A stretch of DNA of 64,000 bases from an uncultured Candidatus Saccharibacteria bacterium (GCA_964364265.1 CAYILA010000005.1:6418-70417), one strand, 5' to 3'; positions 49,007-60,172 are shown, numbered from the stretch's first letter. The notes: generated from the sequence alone by a model not told the origin. Translations and numbers: made by a program.

Positions 49007-50890
49007 ATGGTCGAGAAAAATAATTACAAATTGCCGAAACTGAATAAGGCAAGAGTAAAACACCTATCAAAATTCGGGTTGCTAGGCATAACCGGCTTGA
49101 TAGTTGTTTTCTTGCTCTCTTTTGGCAGTTACTCGATTGTATTTTCAAACCGCGTTTTTGCCCGCCAGTTCATCGGGGATGAAAATTTCTCCTATATGAC
49201 TAGAGACCAAGTCAGAGGGATTATCGCAAAAAAATCAGCCGATCTGGCCGAAGCTGAAATAAAATTGATTTATGAATATGAAGCCGGCAACAAAGAGTAT
49301 ATTTTTAAGCCGAGCGATGTCGGAATCAACTATGATGTTGAGAAAACAGTAGATAGAATCTGGAATGTCGGTCGAAACGAGAACATCCAAAGGTCTTTTT
49401 GGAATCAATTGGTATCGGTCTTTGTTCCGACCAAACATAAGGCAGTCGTTTCATTTAATCAAGAGGTAATGAATAGCAAGATTGCCGAAATCGGTCAGGA
49501 AATCGACCAGCCCGAAAAAGATTTTTCACTCCAGTTCACCGGCGGGGAATTCGTCTTAACCTCCGACCGCGCCGCCGGCAAAAGAATCGATCAGAAAAAG
49601 ATTATCGAGTCTTTAAAAAATCAATTTTTGGTCTATAAAACTACCGAAATCAGTTTCGCTTCTGCCGTTTTCAAGCCGCAGGTTTCGCCGGAGAAAGCCG
49701 AGAGCCGTCTTAATGAGGCGAATAAAATTATCAGCAAGGGCGAGCTGGTTTTGTCATACGACAATCAGACCACGAAACTGGATGTAAATACAATCGGGGC
49801 GGTTATTAAATCAAAAACGAGCGGGGATGACCTTGAATTGGTATTTGACGATGCCCGCTTGAACCAATATCTTGATTCTTTGGCTCAACTAATCAATATT
49901 GAGCCGGTCAACGCCCGACTTCAGATTGTGAACGGTAAGGTTACTGCCTTTGATATCGCCCGGATTGGAAAAACCTTGCTCAAGGATCAGAGCCGGGAAA
50001 ATATTAAACAGGGTTTAATCTCGCGTATCAGCGATAGTGACACACCCACGGTTGTGCTGGCGATAGAAACAAAGAATCCGGATATTACCGAATCAAGTAT
50101 TTCCAGTTTGGGAATCGGCGAATTGATCGGCACCGGCACAACCCAATTCAAAAACTCTCCCGCTAATCGTGTACATAATATTCAAACCGGGGCTGCCGCC
50201 TTAAACGGCGTTTTGATTAAACCGGGAGAAGTTTTCTCGACAGTCGGCCGGCTGGGAGCAATCAACGACAAATCCGGCTATCTGCCGGAGCTGGTTATTA
50301 AAGAAAATTCTACTGTTCCGGAATATGGCGGGGGATTGTGCCAGGTTTCAACCACGCTTTTCCGGGCGGCGCTCAACGCCGGAATGGAGATAGTCGACCG
50401 GACCAACCACAGTTACCGCGTCAGTTACTACGAACCGCCGATCGGCATGGACGCCACCATCTACGATCCGGCGCCTGATTTCAAATTCAAAAATAATTAC
50501 GCCAGTTATGTCCTGGTTCAGGCAACAGTGTCGGGTTATTCTATTAAATTTGATTTCTATGGGACGAAGGATACTCGTGTTATAGAGATTGGGACCCCTT
50601 CGACTTGGGATCCGGTTGATCCGGTACCGAGAGTTAATGTTGAAACGGATACACTCCAACCGGGCGAGGAAAAACAGATTGAGAAAGCCCACCAAGGTAT
50701 TTCGGCTAAGTTTCATTACAAGGTGACCAAGGACGGCCAGGTTTTACAGGAGAGAGAATTCGTCTCCAAATATGTTCCCTGGCCGGAAAAATGGCTGGTC
50801 GGCAAACAACCGACTCCGGCGCCAGTTGATCCGGCCGCGATCCCCGTCCCGACACCCGTACCCGATCCGGCTGCAACACCGGCGACCTAG
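49007..50890 (+). CDS. VanW-family protein with putative peptidoglycan-binding repeats and a G5-like domain
   Basis: N-terminal TM, NRVHNI, YGGGLCQVSTTLFRA, HSYRVSYY, GMDATIY. Confidence 0.9.
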   Translation: MVEKNNYKLPKLNKARVKHLSKFGLLGITGLIVVFLLSFGSYSIVFSNRVFARQFIGDENFSYMTRDQVRGIIAKKSADLAEAEIKLIYEYEAGNKEYIFKPSDVGINYDVEKTVDRIWNVGRNENIQRSFWNQLVSVFVPTKHKAVVSFNQEVMNSKIAEIGQEIDQPEKDFSLQFTGGEFVLTSDRAAGKRIDQKKIIESLKNQFLVYKTTEISFASAVFKPQVSPEKAESRLNEANKIISKGELVLSYDNQTTKLDVNTIGAVIKSKTSGDDLELVFDDARLNQYLDSLAQLINIEPVNARLQIVNGKVTAFDIARIGKTLLKDQSRENIKQGLISRISDSDTPTVVLAIETKNPDITESSISSLGIGELIGTGTTQFKNSPANRVHNIQTGAAALNGVLIKPGEVFSTVGRLGAINDKSGYLPELVIKENSTVPEYGGGLCQVSTTLFRAALNAGMEIVDRTNHSYRVSYYEPPIGMDATIYDPAPDFKFKNNYASYVLVQATVSGYSIKFDFYGTKDTRVIEIGTPSTWDPVDPVPRVNVETDTLQPGEEKQIEKAHQGISAKFHYKVTKDGQVLQEREFVSKYVPWPEKWLVGKQPTPAPVDPAAIPVPTPVPDPAATPAT

Positions 50891-50899
50891 GGAAGCGAA

Positions 50900-50997
50900 T
50901 AAATCCGAAATCCTAATTTCTAAATTCTAAACAAATTCTAATTTTTAAAATTTAGATATTTAGATTTCGACATTGTTTCGGATTTAGGATTTAGAGT
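50900..50997. repeat. Inverted 7-mer array element (AAATCCT / AGGATTT family)
   Basis: taaatccgaaatcctaatttctaaattctaaaca ... tgtttcggatttaggatttaga. Confidence 0.88.
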
Positions 50998-51007
50998 TTT
51001 TTAATTT

Positions 51008-53605
51008 GTGGGGCTTTACATGGAGGGGAATAAGTATTACCAGTGGACGGTAGATGAACTTTGCCGTCATTTCGAGGTTGACAAAGACGAGGGTCTTACC
51101 GAGAAGAAGGCCCATTCTTTGTTGGAAAAATACGGTCCTAATGTTCTGGAGGTGGTTGAAAAGAAAAGTTTCTGGGTGATTCTGGGTCGGCAGTTCTCCA
51201 ATTTCTTCGTCTGGCTCCTTCTGATTGCGGCGATTATCTCATATTTCGTTGACGGTCCGGTTCAGGCCGGGATATTAATATTGATTGTGGCCCTAAATGT
51301 CTTATTCGGATTTTTTCAGGAGAATAAAGCCGAAACCGCTATTTCTGATTTGAAAAAATCTTTCAAGTTAAGCTGTAAGGTAATCCGGGAGGGGAAACTT
51401 TCGGTGATTGAAAGCTCCGATCTGGTTGTCGGCGATATTGTATATCTTGATACCGGTGACCGGGTGCCAGCTGATATGAGGGTGATTGAAAGTGAATCAA
51501 TGCACGCCGATGAATCAATTTTGACCGGGGAATCTCTGCCGGTCGGTAAAAAAACTGATGGGCTGAAAGAGAGGACAGCTCTTGCCGATCAGAAAAACAT
51601 GCTTTTTGCTTCCACCATTGTCGTATCGGGACGCGGCAAGGGTTTGGTGGTTGAGACCGGTTCAAAAACGGAACTGGGGAAGATCGCCGGTTTGGTGAAC
51701 ACGATCGAATCGACCACCCCGCTTGGAAAAGAGATCGATTATCTGGGCGAGCTTCTGACCATCGTTTCGACTTTTGCGGCTGCCTTGGTATTTGTCCTGG
51801 GTTACTACCGCGATTACGAAATCTGGCCGCTTCTCACATTTTCAATCGCTCTCTTGGTGGCGGCGGTGCCGGAATCCCTGCCAACCATTATAACGCTCTC
51901 ATTGGCGATCGGGACTTCCAAAATGGCTAAGAAAAAAGCGATTGTCCGGCGCTTGGGGGTAATCGAATCGCTTGGTTCTATTAATGTAATCGTGACCGAT
52001 AAAACCGGAACTTTGACTGACAACAAGCTTTCAATCGGTTTGGTTGCCCTGAAAAAAAAGAAGGATTTTGAAATTATTGATGTGAATCGCGATCTGCATT
52101 ATCTGAAAGGAAAAAAGCAGGAGTTAAAAAGGATTTTATTGCCGGCGCTGATCTGTTCGAATATTGAAGATGACGAGGAGGGTGGTTGGATTGGCGACCC
52201 AATCGAGTCGGCAATCGCCAAAAAAGCGGTTGAGCTAAAGGCCGATATATTGCCAGAAGCCGGAAAATTTCAGCGGGAGATGGAGGTGCCTTTTGATTCC
52301 GATAAAAAATATATGGCGGTTTACGGCAAAGCTTATGGAAGAAAGATATTGATAGTTAAAGGTGCGGCCGAAGTGATAACTCGGTTCTGCCGGTTGTCCG
52401 AAACGGAGCGAGAAGAGATTAAAAACGAGGTCGCCGATTTGAGCTCAAAGGGATATAAAGTTATCGCGGTAGCGCAGTCCAGCCACTCGGCCTTAAAAAA
52501 TATGGATTTTTACGGGCTTATCGCCGTTATCGACGAACCTTCAGTTGGCGTGGCGGATGCCATTTCTCGGACAATTTCGGCCGGAATTCGGCCGATAATG
52601 GTAACCGGCGACCATCCCGAAACGGCCCGCTTTATTGGCGAGAAAGTTGGTTTGGAGGCGCAGGATTACGAAGTCGCAACCGGCCGGGAGATTGAAGAGA
52701 TGACCGAAAAGGCGCTGGAAAGTTTTCTAAAAGATGCTAAAATCATCGCTCGGGTGACGCCGGAGGGAAAGATGCGGATTGTCCTGACCCTGCAGAAAAT
52801 GGGCGCAAAAGTAGCGGTGATGGGCGACGGGGTAAACGACGCGCCGGCTCTGAAAGAGGCGAGCGTCGGCATCGCTATGGGTAAAAAGGGCACCGATGTC
52901 GTCCGCGACACCGCCGACATAGTTCTGACAAACGATAAATATTCCACGGTTGTTACCGCCATCGAATACGGTCGGACAATTTACGACAACATCCGCAACG
53001 CCTTTATTTTCTTATTGTCGAGTAACTTCGGCGAGATATCTTTGGTCACGACCGCTTTCTTGTTGAATTGGCCGATACCGTTTACCACTTTGCAAATATT
53101 GTGGATCAATATGGTCACCGACGCCCTGCCGGCTCTCTCTTTCGCTTTTGAAAAACCGCATTCTTCGGTTCTGGCCAGCGGGCCTCGAAAAAGCGAAAAC
53201 AACGGTCAACGGCAGATGCTTGCATTTGCTTTTTCCTTATCCTTAATTCAAACGGTTGTCGGGATGTTGCTTTACAGATGGGCTTTGGGAAGAGGCGTGG
53301 CCGAAGCTCAAACTCTGGTTTTTACCTATATCGTATTTTCGGCGGTGATAATCGCATTTTCAATCCGTTCGAAAGAGAGAATCTGGCAGAATTTTAGGTC
53401 GTTTTTCGCCAATAAAATCCTTCTTTACGCCGTCGGCTTGGCTTTCCTTTTGCAAGCACTCTTATTTATCGAGCCATTGAGCGGGATTTTTAAGATAACG
53501 CCGCTTGACGCGGTTGAAATTATCGTTCTCTTGCTGTCAGTTCTAATCTCTTTTGCTCTGGCCGAAATCATCAGGTTTATATTTGATAGAAAAATATCGG
53601 AGTAG
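51008..53605 (+). CDS. Cation-transporting P-type ATPase (P2A/Ca2+-like)
   Basis: LTGES, VPESLP, DKTGTLT, MVTGD, GDGVNDAPAL, ILWINMVTD. Confidence 0.93.
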   Translation: MGLYMEGNKYYQWTVDELCRHFEVDKDEGLTEKKAHSLLEKYGPNVLEVVEKKSFWVILGRQFSNFFVWLLLIAAIISYFVDGPVQAGILILIVALNVLFGFFQENKAETAISDLKKSFKLSCKVIREGKLSVIESSDLVVGDIVYLDTGDRVPADMRVIESESMHADESILTGESLPVGKKTDGLKERTALADQKNMLFASTIVVSGRGKGLVVETGSKTELGKIAGLVNTIESTTPLGKEIDYLGELLTIVSTFAAALVFVLGYYRDYEIWPLLTFSIALLVAAVPESLPTIITLSLAIGTSKMAKKKAIVRRLGVIESLGSINVIVTDKTGTLTDNKLSIGLVALKKKKDFEIIDVNRDLHYLKGKKQELKRILLPALICSNIEDDEEGGWIGDPIESAIAKKAVELKADILPEAGKFQREMEVPFDSDKKYMAVYGKAYGRKILIVKGAAEVITRFCRLSETEREEIKNEVADLSSKGYKVIAVAQSSHSALKNMDFYGLIAVIDEPSVGVADAISRTISAGIRPIMVTGDHPETARFIGEKVGLEAQDYEVATGREIEEMTEKALESFLKDAKIIARVTPEGKMRIVLTLQKMGAKVAVMGDGVNDAPALKEASVGIAMGKKGTDVVRDTADIVLTNDKYSTVVTAIEYGRTIYDNIRNAFIFLLSSNFGEISLVTTAFLLNWPIPFTTLQILWINMVTDALPALSFAFEKPHSSVLASGPRKSENNGQRQMLAFAFSLSLIQTVVGMLLYRWALGRGVAEAQTLVFTYIVFSAVIIAFSIRSKERIWQNFRSFFANKILLYAVGLAFLLQALLFIEPLSGIFKITPLDAVEIIVLLLSVLISFALAEIIRFIFDRKISE

Positions 53606-53655
53606 CGTTATGTTTCAATAGTTTGGAAACACCCTCTTGCATATTTGATTATTAC

Positions 53656-53689
53656 CCCCGCTATAACAAACCAGTTTGTTATAGCGGGG
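53656..53689. repeat. 16-bp-stem palindrome between convergent genes; degenerate copy at 47293-47318
   Basis: ccccgctataacaaac-ca-gtttgttatagcgggg. Confidence 0.8.
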
Positions 53690-53724
53690 TTAAATGTTGT
53701 GTAATAATCGTAAATAATTTAGAA

Positions 53725-55449
53725 CTATGACTTATTGCCGGCCGCTTTAATGAAGGCCATAAAGAGAGGATGCGGGCGGAGAGGACGGGATTGGAATTCG
53801 GGATGGAATTGTGTTCCGACAAAGAAGGGGTGATTCTTAACTTCGACAATTTCGACCAGATCCCTTTCCGGATTGACACCGGCAACCACCAACCCGCATT
53901 TTTCCAACTGTTTTCTGTACTTATTATTCAATTCGAAACGGTGTCGGTGACGCTCTACCACGACTCCGTCGTGGAAATCCGAATATCTAATATCTAAATT
54001 CGAAACATATTTTGAATTTTCTTTTTTAGAATTTTCGATTTGTTTAGGATTTAGGATTTCTGATTTAGGATTTCTGTAAGCTTCGTATGAAATAGTTCCT
54101 TCTTTTAGCTTACAGCTATATCCGCCCAAACGCATCGAACCGCCGTAATCTTTCTCTTCCAGTTTTTTCTTCTGATCCGGCATTATATGGATGACCGGAT
54201 ACGGAGTTTTCGGATCGATCTCCTCGGTATGCGCCCCTTTCAGCCCGCAGACATTGCGGGCGAATTCAATGGTAGCGATTTGCATACCATAGCAGAGACC
54301 GAAGTAAGGAATCTTCTGTTCGCGGCAATACTTGGCGGTCAAAACTTTGCCTTCAATGCCGCGGGAACCGAATCCGCCCGGCACGATGATACCGTTATAC
54401 TGGTCAAGCTCTTTTAATTTCTTGGGATCTTTTTCAAATTCTTCGGCGTTGATCCAAGTCATTTTTGGACGAAGTTCCTGTGTCCAGGCGGCGTGTTTGA
54501 CCGACTCGATTATCGAAATGTAGGAATCTGCCAGGACATAATCGCCGGTGCCGAAATATTTGCCGACAAACCCGATTTTAACTTCTTTTCGGCCGTTCTT
54601 GGCGTGCCGGGCGAATTCTTCCCATTTCGAAAGATCGGATTTTTTTGGTCGCAATCCAAATAGTTTTAAAATTTTGTTGCCGAAATCCTCTTTTTCAAAA
54701 TTAATCGGAACATCATAAATTGAATCGACATCGGGGGCGGAGATGGCATTTTCCGGTTTGATTGAACAAAAAGTGGCCAGCTTTTCGCGGCGTTTGGCGT
54801 CAATCGGTTTTTCGGCGCGGCAGAGGATAAAATCGGCCTGTATGCCGCAGGAGTTTAATTCCCGCGAGGCATATTGTGTCGGTTTGGTTTTCATTTCGCC
54901 GACCGTGCCGGGAATTGGGAGATAAGAGACCAAGATGAAAATGACATCGGCCGGTCTTTTCATTTTCATCATTCTGGCCGCTTCTAAAAAGAGCAGATTT
55001 TCATATTCACCGACTGTTCCGCCGATCTCGACGATGGTGAAATCGGCCTTGGCCGCCTTGCCGGCTTCTAAAATTCTTCGTTCAATTTCCTCCGGGATGT
55101 GGGGCACGACTTGGACACATTTTCCACCGTAGTCCAAGTTTCTTTCTTTATGTATGACGGTCTCATAAATCCGGCCGGTGGTCATGTAATTAATTTTTTT
55201 GATTTCTTCGTCTAAAAATCTTTCGTAGTTGCCGCAGTCCTGATCGGTTTCGTCGCCGTCAATGGTTACAAAAACCTCGCCGTGTTCAGTCGGGTTCATA
55301 GTGCCGGCGTCGACATTTATATAGGGATCGGCCTTAATGGCGGTAACGCCATAGCCCTTGCTTTTTAAAATAGTGCCGATCGAAGCGGCAGCTATTCCTT
55401 TTCCAACCGATGACATTACTCCGCCAACCACAAAGATAAACTTGGACAT
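53725..55449 (-). CDS. pyrG: CTP synthase with an in-frame repeat insertion
   Basis: GGVMSSVGKG, DPYINVDAGTM, GLCYGMQ, ERHRHRFE, QFHPEF. Confidence 0.98.
   Translation of the reverse strand: MSKFIFVVGGVMSSVGKGIAAASIGTILKSKGYGVTAIKADPYINVDAGTMNPTEHGEVFVTIDGDETDQDCGNYERFLDEEIKKINYMTTGRIYETVIHKERNLDYGGKCVQVVPHIPEEIERRILEAGKAAKADFTIVEIGGTVGEYENLLFLEAARMMKMKRPADVIFILVSYLPIPGTVGEMKTKPTQYASRELNSCGIQADFILCRAEKPIDAKRREKLATFCSIKPENAISAPDVDSIYDVPINFEKEDFGNKILKLFGLRPKKSDLSKWEEFARHAKNGRKEVKIGFVGKYFGTGDYVLADSYISIIESVKHAAWTQELRPKMTWINAEEFEKDPKKLKELDQYNGIIVPGGFGSRGIEGKVLTAKYCREQKIPYFGLCYGMQIATIEFARNVCGLKGAHTEEIDPKTPYPVIHIMPDQKKKLEEKDYGGSMRLGGYSCKLKEGTISYEAYRNPKSEILNPKQIENSKKENSKYVSNLDIRYSDFHDGVVVERHRHRFELNNKYRKQLEKCGLVVAGVNPERDLVEIVEVKNHPFFVGTQFHPEFQSRPLRPHPLFMAFIKAAGNKS
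53974..54074. repeat. Inverted 7-mer array element inside pyrG
   Basis: gaaatccgaatatctaatatctaaattcgaaaca ... tgtttaggatttaggatttctgatttaggatttc. Confidence 0.9.
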
Positions 55450-55496
55450 ATTTTTCCTCCGGAAAATGACTTTACATAAATAAAAACAGACTCACT

Positions 55497-55563
55497 TGTC
55501 ATCCCGAGCGAGCGTAGCGAGTCGAGGGATCTCTCCATTCTCGAAATCTCACCAGTCGAGACA
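55497..55563. repeat. GTCAT-family element (right arm decayed) upstream of pyrG
   Basis: tgtcatcccgagcgagcgtagcgagtcgagggatct. Confidence 0.85.
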
Positions 55564-55664
55564 ACAAAAATCTTTTGATTTTTGTTGGTTTTTGTTTTCA
55601 TTCTAATAATAATTTAGAAACTTGGCAAGTGAATGTTGTGGACATTGTGATATATTAAAAATTA

Positions 55665-56366
55665 ATGAAAGCAGGGGATAAAAAGGCGGCCGAAAAATAT
55701 TTAAAAAAGGCAAGATTGCTTTCGATATTTTTGCAATGGGCGCCGTTTCTGCGTTGTATAATCTTAAACGGTTCATTGGCAGCCGGAACGGCAAAAGAAT
55801 CATCCGATATCGACATTCTAATCATCGCCAGGCGGGGTCGGATTTACACCGTCCGTTTTTGTGTCAATTCCTTCGCCGCAATCCTTGGCATTAAAAGATC
55901 GAATGATAATAAATCGCATGCCGGGAAATTTTGCTTCAATTATTTTCTAACCGATAATTTTCTGACCGTTCCGATCCGCCGCGGACGGAAAGTCGACCGG
56001 TATTGCGCCGATAATTATAGCAGAAGCGTTTTGGTCTGGGGGAAACAAACCGTATTCGACCGGTTTATGGAGGAGAACGAGGAGCTGTTTAGGAAAGCGA
56101 CGACCGACGACCGACGACCCGCCTACCGGCGAGGCAAGCCGCCGACCGAGGTTGCACTCCCTATGAAAATATTCCATCCCGTATTTGTTATAGGGAGAAT
56201 ATTAGAATTTTTCCTCAACGGCTGGTTGGGAAAGAGGATGGAGAATGTTTTGAAAAGATATCAGATTAGAAAAATCGAAAAAGATGAAAGAACTAAAAAA
56301 TATCCCGACTTTATCGTTTATTCCGACCGAGAGTTGCGCTTCCACCCGCCGAAAAGGGTCAATTGA
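55665..56366 (+). CDS. Nucleotidyltransferase-domain protein with a composite repeat insertion
   Basis: NGSLA...SSDIDILII (GS...DxD), KFCFNYF. Confidence 0.8.
   Translation: MKAGDKKAAEKYLKKARLLSIFLQWAPFLRCIILNGSLAAGTAKESSDIDILIIARRGRIYTVRFCVNSFAAILGIKRSNDNKSHAGKFCFNYFLTDNFLTVPIRRGRKVDRYCADNYSRSVLVWGKQTVFDRFMEENEELFRKATTDDRRPAYRRGKPPTEVALPMKIFHPVFVIGRILEFFLNGWLGKRMENVLKRYQIRKIEKDERTKKYPDFIVYSDRELRFHPPKRVN
56097..56150. repeat. 7-mer (ccgacga) array interrupted by the 21-bp element (56118-56138)
   Basis: gcgacga ccgacga ccgacga [cccgcctaccggcgaggcaag] ccgccga ccgag. Confidence 0.85.
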
Positions 56367-56391
56367 CAATGGGCTCTCTTTCCGCTATCAT
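56363..56391 (+). promoter_or_regulatory. Sigma70-type promoter
   Basis: TTGACA-17-TATCAT. Confidence 0.65.
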
Positions 56392-56396
56392 TTTTC

Positions 56397-56479
56397 TTGG
56401 CGAGGCCATTTACCCCCTTATGGTCCTCGCCAATTTTCAAAGATTTATAAGGGGAAAGAGAGGGAAATCTCTCTTTTTT
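56397..56479 (+). ncRNA. Candidate small RNA or attenuator
   Basis: Hairpin 56397-56433, loop complement at 56447-54, terminator 56455-79; no credible ORF. Confidence 0.4.
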
Positions 56480-56481
56480 AG

Positions 56482-56586
56482 TTCTCCCCCTAGAGTAGGG
56501 GGAGTAAGTGGGGGTAGAAAAGGCAGCATGGTTAAGTAATTACTATCATGCTACCACCCCTAACCCCTCCTAATCTAGGAGTGGAA
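56482..56586. repeat. CTCCCC-type multi-hairpin palindromic element
   Basis: ctcccccta-gag-tagggggag, agcatggt...atcatgct, ctccta-atc-taggag; the ends are imperfectly inverted. Confidence 0.65.
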
Positions 56587-56590
56587 CCGC

Positions 56591-56621
56591 TTGACAAAAT
56601 GTAAAACATACTTTACATTTT
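56591..56621 (+). promoter_or_regulatory. groESL promoter overlapped by a 10-bp inverted repeat
   Basis: TTGACA-17-TACATT; aaaatgtaaa-N6-tttacatttt. Confidence 0.65.
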
Positions 56622-56674
56622 CTAATGTATAGCAAGCTCGCACATAAATTATTAATTAAATGCTGGGAGGCAAA

Positions 56675-56953
56675 ATGTTTAAACCATTAGCTGATCGGGT
56701 TCTGGTCAAACCGCTGGAAGCCGAGCAAATCACAAAAGGCGGAATCGTCATTCCCGACACCGCCAAAGAAGCGCCGGCCGAAGGCGAAATCGTCGCCCTT
56801 GGCGACGGCAAGATGAAAGATGGCAAGAGCTATCAATTTTCAGTCAAAAAAGGGGACAAAGTAGTTTATTCAAAATACGCCGGCGATGAATTAAAAGTTG
56901 ATGGCAAGGAATATAAAGTGATGAAAGAGGAAGACATACTCGGGATTTTATAA
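56675..56953 (+). CDS. groES: Co-chaperonin GroES
   Basis: KPLADRVLV, TKGGIVIPDTAKE, YSKYAG; GGAGG before ATG at 56675. Confidence 0.97.
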   Translation: MFKPLADRVLVKPLEAEQITKGGIVIPDTAKEAPAEGEIVALGDGKMKDGKSYQFSVKKGDKVVYSKYAGDELKVDGKEYKVMKEEDILGIL

Positions 56954-56988
56954 GTCAAAAGGCAAAAGTCTATAAAGTGACACAGTAG

Positions 56989-57054
56989 TGTCATCCCGAC
57001 TGAGCGGAGCGAACGGAGGGATCCCTCGGCTCGTTGTACTCGCTCGGGATGACA
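56989..57054. repeat. GTCAT-family element between groES and groEL, nested in AAAGTC/GACTTT repeats
   Basis: tgtcatcccgactgagcg...cggagggatccctcggctcg...ctcgctcgggatgaca. Confidence 0.9.
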
Positions 57055-57088
57055 TTCGCCACTTTCACCTTTATGGACTTTCGACTAG

Positions 57089-58738
<1,650 letters not shown>

Positions 58739-58785
58739 TAGAATCGTATTAAGTATCTAGTATTAAGTATTCCGATTGATTTCAA

Positions 58786-58816
58786 AAAAGAAGGCGTCCG
58801 TAGGATGTCTTCTTTT
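58786..58816. terminator. Probable bidirectional intrinsic terminator
   Basis: aaaagaaggcgtcc-gta-ggatgtcttctttt between convergent genes. Confidence 0.8.
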
Positions 58817-58851
58817 GCTTAATACATAATACATTATACTGGATACTTGTC

Positions 58852-59367
58852 TTAAACCATTTCCGCTTCGATGGCGGAGGTTTTGACATCGAGCGTGTCG
58901 TAATCGTTGTTAACCGTGATATGCTTTCCTTCAATCTTAGTGATGGCGGAGGTTGGAATTATTCTCTCTGAAACCAAGCTTTTGACATAAATCTTGGTGA
59001 TTGAAAGGTCGGTTGCTCGGACTAAATAGTCGAATACTTTGCCCAAATTTTTACCTGATTTTGAACGGACATGCTGGTTGATTCCATGCAACTTGTGATG
59101 ATAGGCCTCTTTGAGACGAACCGAATCATCAAAATTAGTGATCGCATCTTCGTCTTGGATGATAACGCCGTCGTGGCCAATCTCTAAAATATCGGTTTCG
59201 GTAATCACTTTCATTTTAGCGAAGGGGAGTATTGAGGTTCTAACGACCAGACCATAGATCGAGATGTCGCTTTTCTTGATTATTATATCCATAACATAAC
59301 CGGCCTTTGTTTGAGTCTTCATCTCAAACACCGGAGTCCCCATCAGCTTTGTGTATGGAATTATCAT
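58852..59367 (-). CDS. Tandem PRC-barrel protein
   Basis: LMGTPVF...GYVMDIII and VRSKSGKNLGKVFDY repeats. Confidence 0.75.
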   Translation of the reverse strand: MIIPYTKLMGTPVFEMKTQTKAGYVMDIIIKKSDISIYGLVVRTSILPFAKMKVITETDILEIGHDGVIIQDEDAITNFDDSVRLKEAYHHKLHGINQHVRSKSGKNLGKVFDYLVRATDLSITKIYVKSLVSERIIPTSAITKIEGKHITVNNDYDTLDVKTSAIEAEMV

Positions 59368-59404
59368 TATTTAAAATTATACCATAAAAAAATTGATGCC
59401 ATAT

Positions 59405-59433
59405 TTGACATTAGATTTTTCAAGTTCTACAAT
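59405..59433 (+). promoter_or_regulatory. Sigma70-type promoter
   Basis: TTGACA-17-TACAAT. Confidence 0.65.
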
Positions 59434-59478
59434 GTAAGAAAGCTCGGAAAGAGCCAAGTTATAATGTTGGAGGAAAAT

Positions 59479-60171
59479 ATGGTAGATACAAATCTTGGAA
59501 CAACAAGCGCGCCCGAAACAGGAATTCCGCCGGTTGATACTAAGGCGGAGGCACCGGCCGAAGCGGAAACCAAACCCGGTGATAGTATTGAATTTGGTTT
59601 TGATCCAAAAAAAGAGGAAGTTACGGCTGAAAAGGTCACTGCCGAAGCGCCGGATCTGACGGTACCGAATACTGAACCGAATCCGATTGCTAGCGGTGTA
59701 GATGATGCCGTCAAAAGCGAGCCGGTGTTGCCAGTCGCAGAGCCTGCTGCCCCGACAAATCCCGAGAATTCTGATCTGATAAATAGTCCGGCAGACAAGA
59801 TGGAGGAGATTAGAAGCACTATTGCGGGTATGCCCGATACACCACCAACCGCCGATCCAACCGCGCCGGAAACTACAGCGCCTGTGGCCCCGCCGGTTGA
59901 GGCGGCAGTCGGCGCACAGCCAGAAACAACAGGTGCGTCGGCAAGCACCGATCCGGAAGATCATTGGAGCGTAGGTCAAGCTCCCCCAGAAAATCCCGCT
60001 GCTTCGCCGTTTGTCGAACAGACAGCTTCTTTGGGATCAGATAAAAAAACCGGTGACGATAAGAATGTCGTCGAGAACAAACCAGAGGTTAAGAGAAGCT
60101 GGTTTCAAAAACTCTTTGGCATTGGGAATAATACGAAAGAAACCGGCCAGAATCCTGAAGACACTAAGTAA
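59479..60171 (+). CDS. Acidic Pro/Ala/Thr-rich disordered hypothetical protein
   Basis: GGAGG then ATG at 59479; C-terminal amphipathic KRSWFQKLFG. Confidence 0.7.
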   Translation: MVDTNLGTTSAPETGIPPVDTKAEAPAEAETKPGDSIEFGFDPKKEEVTAEKVTAEAPDLTVPNTEPNPIASGVDDAVKSEPVLPVAEPAAPTNPENSDLINSPADKMEEIRSTIAGMPDTPPTADPTAPETTAPVAPPVEAAVGAQPETTGASASTDPEDHWSVGQAPPENPAASPFVEQTASLGSDKKTGDDKNVVENKPEVKRSWFQKLFGIGNNTKETGQNPEDTK

Positions 60172-60172
60172 T

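Noticed and set aside
49007-50890. Vancomycin resistance locus
   Set aside because: Only a VanW domain is present; no vanH/A/B/X/R/S. Such proteins are widespread.
53974-54074. Intragenic inserts as inteins or group I/II introns
   Set aside because: They are far too short, with no Cys/Ser…His-Asn intein ends or intron core motifs, and the reading frame is already intact.
55416-55601. 61-aa ORF upstream of pyrG, and the 65-aa ORF at 56284-56481
   Set aside because: They are translations of a palindromic element or structured intergenic DNA and overlap real genes; no coding signal.
56626-56660. CIRCE element before groES (tagcaagctc…)
   Set aside because: Only a loose resemblance to the left arm, with no GAGTGCTAA arm.
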